Positions 48,664 through 59,951 of a stretch of DNA of 64,000 nucleotides are shown in pieces. The stretch is from assembly GCA_963737905.1 (NCBI GenBank), contig CAVTUQ010000034.1, positions 64,001 through 128,000 on the forward strand. The letters are read 5' to 3'. The DNA comes from an uncultured delta proteobacterium (GTDB lineage: Bacteria; Desulfobacterota; Binatia; UBA9968). Positions within the stretch are counted from its first letter, which is position 1, and each line of letters opens with the position of its first letter. Made by a program: the position numbers and the translations under genes. Below the pieces are notes generated by a model, which saw only the letters and a program-made list of their open reading frames with translations, did no database searches and was not told where the DNA came from.

Positions 48664-51600
48664 CTAAGAGGCTATTATCCCGCTGGGTGGATGCATTCTC
48701 AACATCGCCAGCAGAGCAGGGAGCACAATCAGTACCAGGGGCAGTTGGACCGCCAGTCCGGAAATTATCGCAATCGCCAACGGTTGCTGCATGGCCGCGC
48801 CCTGGCCTATCCCCAACGCCAGAGGGAGAAGCGCAAAGACCGCAGCGAGCGTGGTCATGGCGATAGGCCGCATGCGGTTGTGACCCGCCATGATCAGCCG
48901 GGTCGTTTGATCCTTCTCGCTCGCAAGATCGACGTATTCCGAATAATAAAATATGGCTACTTCGGTGACGATGCCGACGATCATGGTCATTCCCATCATC
49001 GACGTTATATTCATCTCCGTGCCCGTCATCCAGAGCCCTACAAACACCGCCGAAAGCGCGAGTAGAGTGGTGACAAGCATGGCGCAAGCCACGCGGAAGC
49101 TCTCTAAAGAAAAAGCAAGAGAAGAAAAACCAGAGCGCCGCCGCCAAAAATACCGCAACCAGCCCGGCAAAGGCCTTCTGTTGCTCCGCGTATAGCCCGC
49201 CCAAGTTATAATAAACCCCCTTCGGCACAAGCTCTGGGCGATTGAGCACCTGTTTCACTTCGGCGATCACCGAGCCGATATCGCGGCCGCTGATCCGTCC
49301 CGTGACCGCGACCATGCGTTTGAGGTCGTCGCGCGTGATCTCCGGCTGACCGGTCAGGACTGTAAGTGTGGCGACTCGCTTGAGAGGAAAGAGATGCCCG
49401 TCCGGAGCGCGCAAGCGCAGATTTTCAATGTCCGTTTCCGTGGTCCGCAGATCGCGAGGAATCCATGCCCTCACGCCGATCATCTTAGGACCGCTCTGAA
49501 TTTGGCTCGTCACCACGCCGGTCAAGGAGTCGGAGAGCATGTGGGTGATTCCATCAGGATCCGTGCCTTCCAAGCTCGCCTTGACTCGGTCGACCTGGAT
49601 GTCGAGGGCATCACCGGCCAAGACGATGCCAGACTTTACATCCACGACCCCGGGAATTTTCTCAATCGCAGTGGCTACCGCCGGTCCAAGTTTTCCCAAA
49701 AGATTGCCATCATCGGAATACAGCTTGATCTCGATCGGCTGCGGCACCGCGGTAAGGTCGCCGATGAGATCCTCCATCAATTGCGCCAGCTCGATCTGCA
49801 GCCCGGAACCTCGTGTTCCACCCGTTAGCGGACCTCGTCCATCACGGTGTCGCTATCGCGTCGCGGGAAAGGTTTCAGGCGGATAAAAAAATCGCCCGTG
49901 TTGGCTTCGGTCAATCCGCCGCCGAGCTGCAGGCCCGTGCGCCGGGAATACGGTTGCACCTCCGGCGTTGCGTGTAGGATCGCTTCTACTTGGCGCAGCA
50001 GCCGATCCGTTTCCGTGAGCGAAGTGCCCGGCTCCGAACGGTAATCGAGGACAAAGCCTCCCTCGTCCATGGAGGGCATAAAGCCGGAGCCCACTAGCGA
50101 TACCCGATCCAGCCCGCGGCGAGAGCAGCAGGACGACGACCAGAACCAACCAGGGGCGTATGAGCACTCGAACCATCGTCGCTTGATAAGCCTGGCGGAA
50201 TCGTTGGGCGAAACGGCCGATTCCTTTTTCCCGAGCATCCTTTGCGTTTAGAAAACGATCCGCCAGGAGCGGCTTCGCCAGCCACGCAACAAGGAATGAG
50301 ATGATCAGGCTTGTCGCCATGGTCAGGGAAAGTGCTTTGAAGAAACTCCCGGTCACACCTGAAAGGAAGGCGAGGGGCACGAAGATGATGATCGTGCCTC
50401 CGGACGAACCCGCGGGGGCCTGGGTGAACTCTGCTGCGGCCCACATCACCCGGCCATGATGATCCCGTGCGCGCGCGCAGCCGGCGCATGATATGCTCCA
50501 CCATGACGATGGCATCGTCGATGATGAGACCGACGGCGGCGGCCATTCCACCCAGGGTCATGATATTGAAGCTCATGTGGGAAACGTAGAGCAGAAGCAC
50601 GGTGGCTGCAAGCACCCCCGGCACGAAAGATCGGCGACAAGGTGATTTTCAAGTTACGCAGAAAGAGGAGCAAGATCAGCACGGCCAAGATAATGCCGAT
50701 CAGAATGGCATCGCGCACGCTGGCTGCCGAGGCAAAATCAGTTCGCTCTGGTCATACCAGTTGGCGATCTTGACACCGGGGGGCAACCGCTTGCGAAACT
50801 CGGCGAGCTTGGCTTTAGCTCGCTGGCGATCCCACCGTGTTACCGCCGGGCTGCTGATGGACTTGAAAAACAGGCGTCACGACCGTCGGCCGTAACGGGG
50901 GTCCACTGCGGCGCCGTGCCTTGCTCACCGTCGCGACATCTTCAACCGGATATCCCGCCCGTTCTCGGAACGAAGAATAGTCTCACGATCTGTCCGGATC
51001 GAGGAGGCGCGTATCGCACACGGCCAGATAGAGCTTGTAATGATCTTCCAGGCGACCGACGGAAGCGATCACGTTGGTGGCTGTAAGGGACCTTGTCACG
51101 TCGCTCAGGGATAAACCGTATGCGGCAAGATGAGGGATTCACATTCACCCGGTATTCTCCTGTGCGCCGCCGAGACTTCGATCTGGCCACGCCGGTCACG
51201 GTCGAGAGCAAGGGGCGTAGCTGGTACAGCGCAAATCTCGCAGTTCGACCAGAGACTGAGTATCCGACGTGAGGCTATAAGCCAGGACCGGAAAGACTCG
51301 GCTCCATGCGCCGGGCGTTAAAGGTCGTCCCTTGGGGCAGAGTCGGCATACCTGCGTAATGGCAGACTCGATTTGGAACAGCGCGGACACCATATTCTCT
51401 CCCCAGTCGAAATTGACCGCGACCTCGGCGCTCCCCCTGGTCGTAGTCGAGCGCATGTTAAGCACCCAGGAACCGCTCGCACCGATTCTTCAACGGGCCC
51501 CGTAACCTCTATCACCATTCGTTCCGCCGGACGGTCGCCGGCATCGATATTGATCCTGACCCGGGGAAAATTCGTGCGGGAAGAGAGACACCGGCAATGT

Positions 51601-51686
51601 TAATGGCGCCCAACCCGCCAAAAATGAAAACTGCCACCAGAAAAAAAACTGATCGCCGGTGCGCATGTACCCACGATAAAGATCAT
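48664..51686 (-). CDS. RND efflux permease (CusA/CzcA-like), multiply frameshifted
   Basis: Fragments AGDRPAERM, MTLGGMAAAVGLIIDDAIV, MPSMDEGGFVLDY, RMRPIAMTTLA, QPLAIAIISGL. Confidence 0.85.
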
Positions 51687-52760
51687 CGGGACGGCGCCAC
51701 CTTGACGGCCATCTTGTCTTTCAGCTCGTAATTGCCGACCCACGACGTGCGGGCCGGGTTGAAGATCTTTGCCGCTCACATTGATCTCTGTGCTTTCTCC
51801 AGACCGATTTTCACCTTATGTTTCCGCCCGGCCGTCCTTGACGGTAAAGAGATAATTTGGCCTCCCTCAGGGAGTATGGCTGACCTGGGCACAAGCAATC
51901 CTTGAACCGGGGCGATGAAATTTTGCCCAGAACGGACTCGTTAAGCAGAAACCCCCCCGCTGAAGGCAGAGCGACAAACCCGTCGACCACACGGTTCGTC
52001 GCAGGGGTGCCGGGAAAGCGTGCGAATTTCGCCCTTCCCGGTGTCCCCGGCACGTTTACGTTCCCAAGACGAACTTCCGCCCTCTTGACTTTAACGAGGT
52101 CTCCGGTTCCACGCCGAGGCGAGCTTCCAGCCGGCTTTGAGCCACATTTCGAACAGGGCGTTCCCGGCGGGAACGATCGCCCCTCTTTGAACGGCAACGT
52201 TGTTCACCAAGCCTTCCACATCGGCATGTATCTTTTGCGGCGCGCTCGCTGCCCCGCTCTCTCATGTTCTCGAATCGCGCTCGAGCCTGCTCCAGCGCCT
52301 GTTTCGCTTGCAGTAGTTGGTCGTTGGTCGCAAGCTGGAGATCGAAGCGTTGCCTGCACAAACTTCAACGCTTTTTTCGCTGTTTCATAAATATTGTGCG
52401 CTTGACGGGATTTAAGACGGGTCTCCGGACTCGGCTCGATCTCCAGCAACGGATCCCCTCGCGAACGTCTTGTCCCACGTTCACCATAACACGTTGACCC
52501 GGCTTTCAAAAGGCACGGAGACGTTGCAGGGCCCCCGCCGCGGGCACGATCTGCCGTAAACGGTGATCTCTTCAGAGAGCGCCCTGCTGATTCGCGCAAC
52601 TTTTACACACGCGACGGTGCTGGCGAGGTTTTCGCCTGATCTGCGGCCTTATTAGCATCTTCATTGGACAGGCCGCCCTGGAAACGCCACAAGTATCCAG
52701 CTGGGACTTACCAGGACGACTACGATGAGAGTACCCCAGGACCTTCGGCTCCTCTTACGT
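51683..52760 (-). CDS. RND membrane fusion protein, heavily frameshifted
   Basis: Fragments PLLEIEPSPET, RFDLQLATNDQLLQAKQAL, C-term GNYELKDKMAVKVAPSR*; lies between TolC and RND; start approximate. Confidence 0.7.
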
Positions 52761-54149
52761 TCCCTTCTCCTTGTCTCCCATGGTGTCCCAAATCCAATGT
52801 CCCGCAGCGATCTCAAGGCCGATATTCAGGTCGGCGAGATGGCCCTTTCGGTCGGAAAGTTCCAACTGTTTGGAAATCATTCGCTGCGTGCGTTGTAATA
52901 GGTCACACGATCAGCATTGCCTTCGAGTAAGGCCTCACGATACGATCTACGACAATCTCCCGCCTCGGGATCGCCTCTTCGGCCCCCTCGATCTGTCGCT
53001 ATTGAGCTCAAATCCGCGATATTGCGTGCAATCTCGCCTCGTGCTTCGAAGAGACGGGCCATATATTCGTCGAAGAGTTGCTTCCGTGTCGCGTCTTAAT
53101 CGCAATACTGCCCTGGTTTCGATCGAAGAACGGCAGATCGAGTGTGATTCCGAAACCCGTGGTAACAACGTCGGTATTGTCCCGGGCCCTCGAAAGCCCA
53201 ATGGTGAGCTTGGGAAACTGGCCGAGAACGGCGGCTCTGAACTTTCCTTCCTGGCTCAGATATCCTTTTTTGAGCGCGAGCAGATCCAACCGCCTTTCTT
53301 CCAGGCCATTGGTCGATTTCTCAACTGTAGGAGCGTAATCAGATCGGGAGGCGAAGTATTATGTCCCAAGGGAAAAATTTCGAGGCGGGAAAATCCAACG
53401 ACTGATTCAGAGAAAGATGTCCTCTTCGCGCTGCCGGTCGATGGTAAGCCGGCGGGCGATCCGTTTCAATGCCGTCTCTGCGGCGGCCAGTCCACCATCG
53501 TCAGGACCCCGAGATCGACGCCGCGTTTAATCCGATCGAGGTCTTCCTCAGGTCCTCGACTTCGTTTCTGGCAATTCTCAGTTCTCTTCTCGAGGAAGAC
53601 AGGTTATACACTTGGATCTTTGGCGCTGAGCGAACTGCCATTCCTGCCAGGCTATGTCGAGGTCGACCGCGGCCACGTCAGCTTGAGCGGATGCTAATTT
53701 GGCATTGCGAGAAATCAGCGAAGTAATCTCCCAATTCAGGCCTTATGTTGAAGCCATTGAACAGCTCCTTGAGTCGCGCCGGCTGTGGGTACGTCGAGAC
53801 CGTATGTATAATTGCGGGTTGGGAAGGACGCCGGCTTGTAGAAGTTGCGCCGCGACAATTTTTCGCTGATCGCGACTTGCGCGCAGCTTGGGATTGGCAA
53901 TCACCGCGAGGATCGCCGCTTCGTCGGGGGACAAGCCATCGTCGATATCGAATTCGATGGGTTTCAGGATGGGATGCCGAATCGTCTTTTGCCTGGACCT
54001 GTATGGCTTCCATGCTCGGCGTCGCAAGCCGTGCGGCGACCGCGGCTTGACTCCAACGGCATGGGCTGATATGTCGCGCAGGCTTGAATCAAAAACAGCA
54101 GTAGGCAGAGCCAAGGCCATGAAAGTGTTTTTGCAATTGATGGAGCCAT
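52756..54149 (-). CDS. TolC-family outer membrane efflux lipoprotein, heavily frameshifted
   Basis: Lipobox-like IQAC, AAQLLQAGVLPNPQL, LPFFDRNQG fragments; end approximate. Confidence 0.75.
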
Positions 54150-54228
54150 CTTAAAAATGGAATGATCAGAGTTTGGCATGATGATGGGCACAGATAAAGG
54201 AAGAGTCTTAACTGTGCCTTTCACAGAA

Positions 54229-54246
54229 ATTACATCTTTGAAAGGT
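54229..54246 (-). promoter_or_regulatory. Response-regulator box copy 3
   Basis: ATTACATCTTTGAAAGGT upstream of the tolC-MFP-RND operon. Confidence 0.65.
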
Positions 54247-54673
54247 CGGCAGGCTAGACAGAAAAGGCATTCGTGAGTGAAAAACGTTAAAGTTGGAAAA
54301 ATACCCTCGAAGAGCGCGCGCATATCAGCCGGGTTCGGGAACAGTAGTAACTACGTTTAAAATTTATCTGCCGCCGGAACGGGAACATGTCGACGCTAAG
54401 GGTAGGGTGGAGAAGACAATCAAAGCTCTGATCTGATCGCAGTTGCTATCGACCGTCGGACCGTTGAGAATCATCGGCAGGCTACGCCCGAACTCAATCC
54501 CTCTTCTCACAAGCATTGATTCGTTCAAACCGGTTTTACAATGGTCTGGACGGAGATGCGCTGCGAGGGCGTTAGAGAGGTCGGCCGCCGATGCCGGCGG
54601 TATTTGGCGCCACCGAGAAACGTTGACAAGTTCGGATCGCTAGTGGATATTGCAGCCGAATCGGGATTCATTG

Positions 54674-55507
54674 ATGGAGAGTATTCCGCACAAGGAGGCT
54701 GGAGTCCGCCACGACCGAATTGCCGCTCCCGACTACGACGAGAACGATTCGATTTTTGAAATAGACCATCTTTCCCTGGCCTATCCCAACGGTCGCGACC
54801 GTCCGGCCATAGACATCTTAAACGACATCTCCTTCACCATGGAGCGCGGCAGCGCACTCACAATCATCGGTCCATCCGGTTCTGGAAAGTCAAGCGTGCT
54901 TCGCTGTCTCAATCGCCTCGCCGAGCCAACCGCCGGGACCGTGCGATTTGATGGACGCGACGTCAGATCGTTTGATCCCCGTGAACTGCGGTGTCGCGTC
55001 GCTCTCGTCATGCAGACACCGGTGATGTTTGAAGGAACAGTCCGCGATAATCTGTGCATCCGTCCTGCGGATATAACCGGCGACTATTCTGATAAGCGAT
55101 TAACAGAGACACTCGATGAGGTGGGACTCGCGTCAATGCTCCTCGACCGCCAGGCGACAACACTCTCCGGAGGAGAGCGGCAGCGTGTCACGATCGCGCG
55201 GGCGCTGCTGCGTGATCCACAAGCCCTTCTCCTTGACGAGCCCACATCGGCGCTCGACCCGCCGAACGCGCTTCTCATAGTCGAGACTGTGTCACGCCTT
55301 CGAGCGGCGCGTGGCCTGAGCATCGTCGCCGTGACGCATCAGCCTGATCTCGTTTACCGGTTTGGCGGCGGATTGCTTTATTTGATCAAGGGACGCGTCG
55401 AGGCGTTCAGGTCGCTCGGCGATCCACGTGGCGGCGATGCCCTCGATGTGGGCCTTCAGACGTTTCTGGCGGGAGAGAAGGTCACCGGCGGAGGTGATCG
55501 TTCGTGA
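54674..55507 (+). CDS. fetA: ABC ATP-binding protein (FetA/YbbL-like)
   Basis: GPSGSGKS, LSGGERQR, LLLDEPTSALD; coupled to a UPF0014 permease. Confidence 0.85.
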   Translation: MESIPHKEAGVRHDRIAAPDYDENDSIFEIDHLSLAYPNGRDRPAIDILNDISFTMERGSALTIIGPSGSGKSSVLRCLNRLAEPTAGTVRFDGRDVRSFDPRELRCRVALVMQTPVMFEGTVRDNLCIRPADITGDYSDKRLTETLDEVGLASMLLDRQATTLSGGERQRVTIARALLRDPQALLLDEPTSALDPPNALLIVETVSRLRAARGLSIVAVTHQPDLVYRFGGGLLYLIKGRVEAFRSLGDPRGGDALDVGLQTFLAGEKVTGGGDRS

Positions 55508-56298
55508 ATCCAGCCTCGCCGATCATCGATCTGTCCATCTGGCAACTGGCGCTGGCGCTGCTACTCGTAGCGGCGATAGTCCTGGTGTCGATTCGCCAGT
55601 CGCTTGGACTCGAGCGCGATCTGGTGGTCGGCACTGTTCGCGCCATTGTTCAGCTCTATTTAGTTGGGCTTATCCTTGCCGCGGTGTTCGCCGCGGCACG
55701 TTGGTATTGGGTTTTGTTGATTCTCGGCGCGATGACCGCGGTTGCCACGCATGCGGCAGTGTCTCGTCTTGGCAAGCCACTGCCGAACGGAGGGTGGATT
55801 GCCGCGATTGCGCTGACCGTCTCGACCAGCGCCACCCTCGCGTATGTGATCGGCGTTGTCGTGCAGGTGCGTCCCTGGTACGAACCTCAATACATCATAC
55901 CGATCGCCGGCATGATCCTCGGCAACTCGATGACGAGCGCCGCGCTTGCTGGCGACCGTCTGCAGAGCGACCTTCGGGCCCGCGCGGATGAAATCGAGGC
56001 GAGGCTCGCGCTCGGCTTCTCCGGACGCGAGGCTGTGCAGCCGATGATACGGGCATCTCTACGGGCGGCGATGATCCCAACCGTGAATGGGATGATGACC
56101 ATCGGTCTGGTGCAACTACCCGGCATGATGACGGGTCAGATCCTTGCTGGCTCGTCGCCGCTGGTCGCGATCCGCTATCAAATGGTCGTCGTCTTCATGC
56201 AGGGCGCGGCGACGGCGCTTGGCTCGTTGATCTTTGTGCGGTTGGCTGCCGGGCGCTATCTAACTCCGGCTCACCAACTCCAGCGTTATCTGCTTTAG
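55504..56298 (+). CDS. fetB: UPF0014 ABC permease (FetB/YbbM-like)
   Basis: PQYIIPIAGMILGNSM, GLVQLPGMMTGQILAG, AIRYQ. Confidence 0.92.
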   Translation: MNPASPIIDLSIWQLALALLLVAAIVLVSIRQSLGLERDLVVGTVRAIVQLYLVGLILAAVFAAARWYWVLLILGAMTAVATHAAVSRLGKPLPNGGWIAAIALTVSTSATLAYVIGVVVQVRPWYEPQYIIPIAGMILGNSMTSAALAGDRLQSDLRARADEIEARLALGFSGREAVQPMIRASLRAAMIPTVNGMMTIGLVQLPGMMTGQILAGSSPLVAIRYQMVVVFMQGAATALGSLIFVRLAAGRYLTPAHQLQRYLL

Positions 56299-57370
56299 CT
56301 AAAGAGCTAACCGGTCGTTTCGAGAGGACGGGCTCGCGCGAGTGCTCGATCACCCGCGCCGCACGAGCGGTCACAACCACTAGGCAGGAAAAGGGGCTTA
56401 ACTTTGCGCTGACTCCTTCAAAACTACCTTTCAGCAAGATTACTTTTTTAAAGAGTTAGAACTGCAATTTTTCAAGTATTATTTTAAAATTAGTGACGGC
56501 TGACTGACTTTTTTGGCTTGACAAATTTAAGTTATGCGAATAATAAAACTTTTGAAATTAGATGACCCAAAGTTTTTTACGCGCGTCGTGAATAATTTGA
56601 CGGCCAGGCGAGAGATCACGCGTCGGCATTTCTGGTAAGAGAGATCAGTTAAGAGAATATGGAGATCAAGATACAAATTGTTCGTTTGGGAGCGAAGTTG
56701 TGGTGAAACTATCTCGATCTAAACGGAACAGGAGCTAATTCAAAATGGCGGCCAAGGTCCTAATCCAGAGCCGACGGCCAAAGCATTGAAGGATTTTAGG
56801 CGGTCAGCACTAGGAGTAAAGAATGAAAAATCTCGATTGAATTTTCAGACTAATAGTAAAACACGTCCTGTGCTCCCACCGCGCACGAGGCAAAACATTC
56901 ATTGAGCTACGTTTAGACACTCACCACTTCACACCCAAACTATCACTGTGCCTCCACAATCAATAATTACCTTCAGACTACACAAACACAAGTAAGGAAC
57001 CCATCAAATTCGAAAGTTTAGCTTCAACCGCCAAACTAGTCGTCGGGCCTGGTGAAACGAATCAGAGTAGCTGCCGGCTTTGCGTCCAGAAGGCCTTACA
57101 GCTTCAACAAGCGATTTTCACACCAGGACATACAGGGATCCATCATTGCAAAGTAAAAACATAAACCTACGGACACGGGATAAAAAGGAATTCTAACCAG
57201 AACGCAATCGCAATCTTTGCTGTTGCTGATCGCGCAAGTGGTGTATATCGTAAACAATCCAGCACAATTTATGAAGGGGATAACCGCAGAAGCACCACAA
57301 ATCAAAACGTGCTAGCAGATTCTAAACGTCACTACAACAAAATCAAAAAATATACCCATCCATAACTATA

Positions 57371-57619
57371 GTGACAGGTTTAGTCAGACACGATGTAAAG
57401 CATGGACGCCAAGAACTGAATTTCTCGGAATGGGGATCTTACTATCCCGCGACACGAAGACGAAAGCTTCAATGGATAAACCGGGCGTTGCGCGAAGAAA
57501 CCATGCCGCCCTGGAAGTATCGCGTACTGCATCCGGGCACCGGCCTCACGCAGGGAGACCTGATGGTACTGGAACAATGGATCGAGGCGGAAATAAAAAA
57601 CCAGCCGGAAAAACAGTAG
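57371..57619 (+). pseudogene. C-terminal half of a heme-binding (Haem_bd) cytochrome c-like protein; 5' half unreadable
   Basis: HDVKHGRQELNFSEW...MPPWKY...HP...LT...WI matches the family C-terminus; upstream CxxCH not recoverable. Confidence 0.65.
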
Positions 57620-57639
57620 GAGCACTGAAAGGACTCCAA

Positions 57640-58491
57640 ATGAAAAACTATTTCTTTTTTGCGATGCTGTTCTTCTTGCCATTGGCGGTTTTTATGCTGT
57701 GCCCCAATGGCGCCGCTGCGCAGGTGGACCCCTGGGAATTTGAAGTCTATCCGTACCAGACCGTGGGGCGGGGAGTTCTCGAGATCGAGACGGATAATGC
57801 CGTGGTGGCCAATGGACACAGGGAAGCCGGAAGCGGGCTTTCCGGAGGCACTTTTCCAAGCTATGGCATGTGGTTCAACCAATATGAGTTTACCTACGGG
57901 TTTACCGATCGGATCGAGGCCGCAGGTTACCTGAATTTAGCCAAGCCTAACGCCCACGGTCTCACGTACGCGGGTTCAAAGTTTCGCCTGCGCGGAAGGC
58001 TCTTCGACGAAGAGGTCCTGCCCATTGATCTTGGCTGGTATCTTGAAATCGAATATCGGAAGAACCCGCAGTTCAACGACGCAACACTGGAGTTTGAAAT
58101 GCGTATTCCCATGCAAAAAGATATCGGACCGTTCTCCGTCCTGTTCAATCCGATTTTTGAAAAACCGGTGACGGGGTCGGAGAAGCACCTCGGGTTCGAG
58201 TTCGGCTATTCCGGCGCCGTCTATTATCGTTGGATGCGCGCTCTGTCTCCTGGAGTCGAGTTTTACGGCGGTGTCGGTAACATCAACAATCCCGAACCCA
58301 CGAAGGAACAGCAGCACTATATTTTCCCGGTTATCAAAGGCGAGCTGCCGCACGGACTTGAGTATAATTTCGGCGTCGGCGTCGGCCTCACTCCGGGCTC
58401 GGATCGTGTGGTCGTAAAGTTCAATGTGGCGCTGGAAAAATACGTTGGCGCGATCTTTGGTCCTTCATCCAGCAATGATTGGTTATGGTAA
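57640..58491 (+). CDS. Putative outer-membrane beta-barrel protein
   Basis: Signal peptide (AAA-Q), alternating aromatic strands (EFTYGFTD, LGWYLEIEY, YNFGVGVG). Confidence 0.75.
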   Translation: MKNYFFFAMLFFLPLAVFMLCPNGAAAQVDPWEFEVYPYQTVGRGVLEIETDNAVVANGHREAGSGLSGGTFPSYGMWFNQYEFTYGFTDRIEAAGYLNLAKPNAHGLTYAGSKFRLRGRLFDEEVLPIDLGWYLEIEYRKNPQFNDATLEFEMRIPMQKDIGPFSVLFNPIFEKPVTGSEKHLGFEFGYSGAVYYRWMRALSPGVEFYGGVGNINNPEPTKEQQHYIFPVIKGELPHGLEYNFGVGVGLTPGSDRVVVKFNVALEKYVGAIFGPSSSNDWLW

Positions 58492-58620
58492 AGGGTGGGT
58501 TTGCGAGGACCAGCCGATAAACCTTGGGGGCATGGCGGTTGTTGCAAGCGTTCCCGTGAGGGAGGCCGCATCCGTCAGGGTTGTGTTTTCACAATAATGG
58601 GTGTCAATGAAGTGCGACTT

Positions 58621-59397
58621 TTAATGCCCAAATCTCCGTTCGCGCCGCTGATAGCTCCGTATCGCTCGCAGAAAATCGATTTTACGGAACGCTGGCCAGT
58701 AGGCGTCACAAAAGTAAAACTCGCTGTAGACGCTTTGCCAGAGCATGAATCCCGATAGGCGCACCTCTCCACTGGTGCGGATGATCAGATCAGGATCCGG
58801 GCAGTCACAGGTATACAGGAATTTGTCCAGCGCCTCTGGGGTAAGTGCTCGGAGGATTTCCTCAGGTGAATCCCGTCGCGTAAAACGCTCCTGAAGGTAG
58901 CGCCGGACCGCGTCGACGATCTCCTGTCGGCCCCCGTAGCCGACGCCAACGTTCACGAGCATTCGATCGTGGTGCTGTGTTGTTGAATCGATGCCCCGCA
59001 GGACCTGGAGGGTTGAGGCTGGAAGAAGCTCCAGCTTCCCGATGGGACGTACTCGAATTCGAAGCTGCTGGACGAAACCGCCTTGCATCCATTCGGCCAT
59101 CTTCTTCTCGATGACCCGGAGAATGGTGGCCACTTCATCGGGCTCGCGAGTCAGGTTTTCAGTCGAGAGCCACCAGAGGGTGACTACCGGGATGCCGAGC
59201 GCAGCGCACCAGGCGAGAACCTCCTCGGTTTTTAGCGACGCCAGAAGGTACCCCTCGGTCGGTTCCGACAGGCCCGCCTCCCGGGCGTAGCGACGGTTGC
59301 CGTCCTGAATCAAACCGACGTGGCGGGGGATGGGCCGCCGCCGCACATCATTGAGGAGTTGCCTCTCATAGACGCGGTAAAGAAGATTTTTCAGCAC
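58621..59397 (-). CDS. uppS: cis-prenyltransferase (UppS family)
   Basis: HVGLIQDGNRRYA, STENL, YGGRQEI, DPDLIIRTSGEVRLSGF, RERRFG. Confidence 0.93.
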   Translation of the reverse strand: MLKNLLYRVYERQLLNDVRRRPIPRHVGLIQDGNRRYAREAGLSEPTEGYLLASLKTEEVLAWCAALGIPVVTLWWLSTENLTREPDEVATILRVIEKKMAEWMQGGFVQQLRIRVRPIGKLELLPASTLQVLRGIDSTTQHHDRMLVNVGVGYGGRQEIVDAVRRYLQERFTRRDSPEEILRALTPEALDKFLYTCDCPDPDLIIRTSGEVRLSGFMLWQSVYSEFYFCDAYWPAFRKIDFLRAIRSYQRRERRFGH

Positions 59398-59558
59398 GGT
59401 TTATTACCAAGTCCTTATCATCTCTTTTCGGACTGGAGCAAATGAGTTCTCAAAAGCCCTAAACATCAGAAGGGACATTTAGTTTCATCCAGGATTTTGC
59501 AAGTCGCCTCGCAGCTTTGGCGAATATTGTAGCAACCTTACCAACGCTTTTCACGAGA

Positions 59559-59577
59559 ATTACATTTTTTAAAAGGT
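59559..59577 (-). promoter_or_regulatory. Response-regulator box copy 4
   Basis: ATTACATTTTTTAAAAGGT; flanking CTTA..TTTCAC also shared with copy 3. Confidence 0.6.
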
Positions 59578-59951
59578 CAACGAGTAGAGGGCACGATCCT
59601 GCCGTTTCACTTTGGAGCGCCAATCACACATCAGGGAGGATTTGGTCCAGTGAATAAAATCGCACGTCGGGAGTCATTAAATGCGAGAATGGCAACAGGA
59701 AGAACCCGTTTTGAATCCAGCCGAGGTTTGGGCTCGACAAACAGATGGAATGTGAAGAGAAATATCATCAAATTAAAAATGTAAGCTTTAACCTGGGCCC
59801 GCTACGACAGGTTTGCTGGGTCGAAATACAATGGCGCAACGATGTCGGCTTGTGGAGTCGATTCGAAAGAGTTAGATCTAGAATTGACTTGGCGTGCGTG
59901 GAGGAAACCCCCACTCTCATAGATGCTACGCGGGTAGTAATGCTATTTTTT

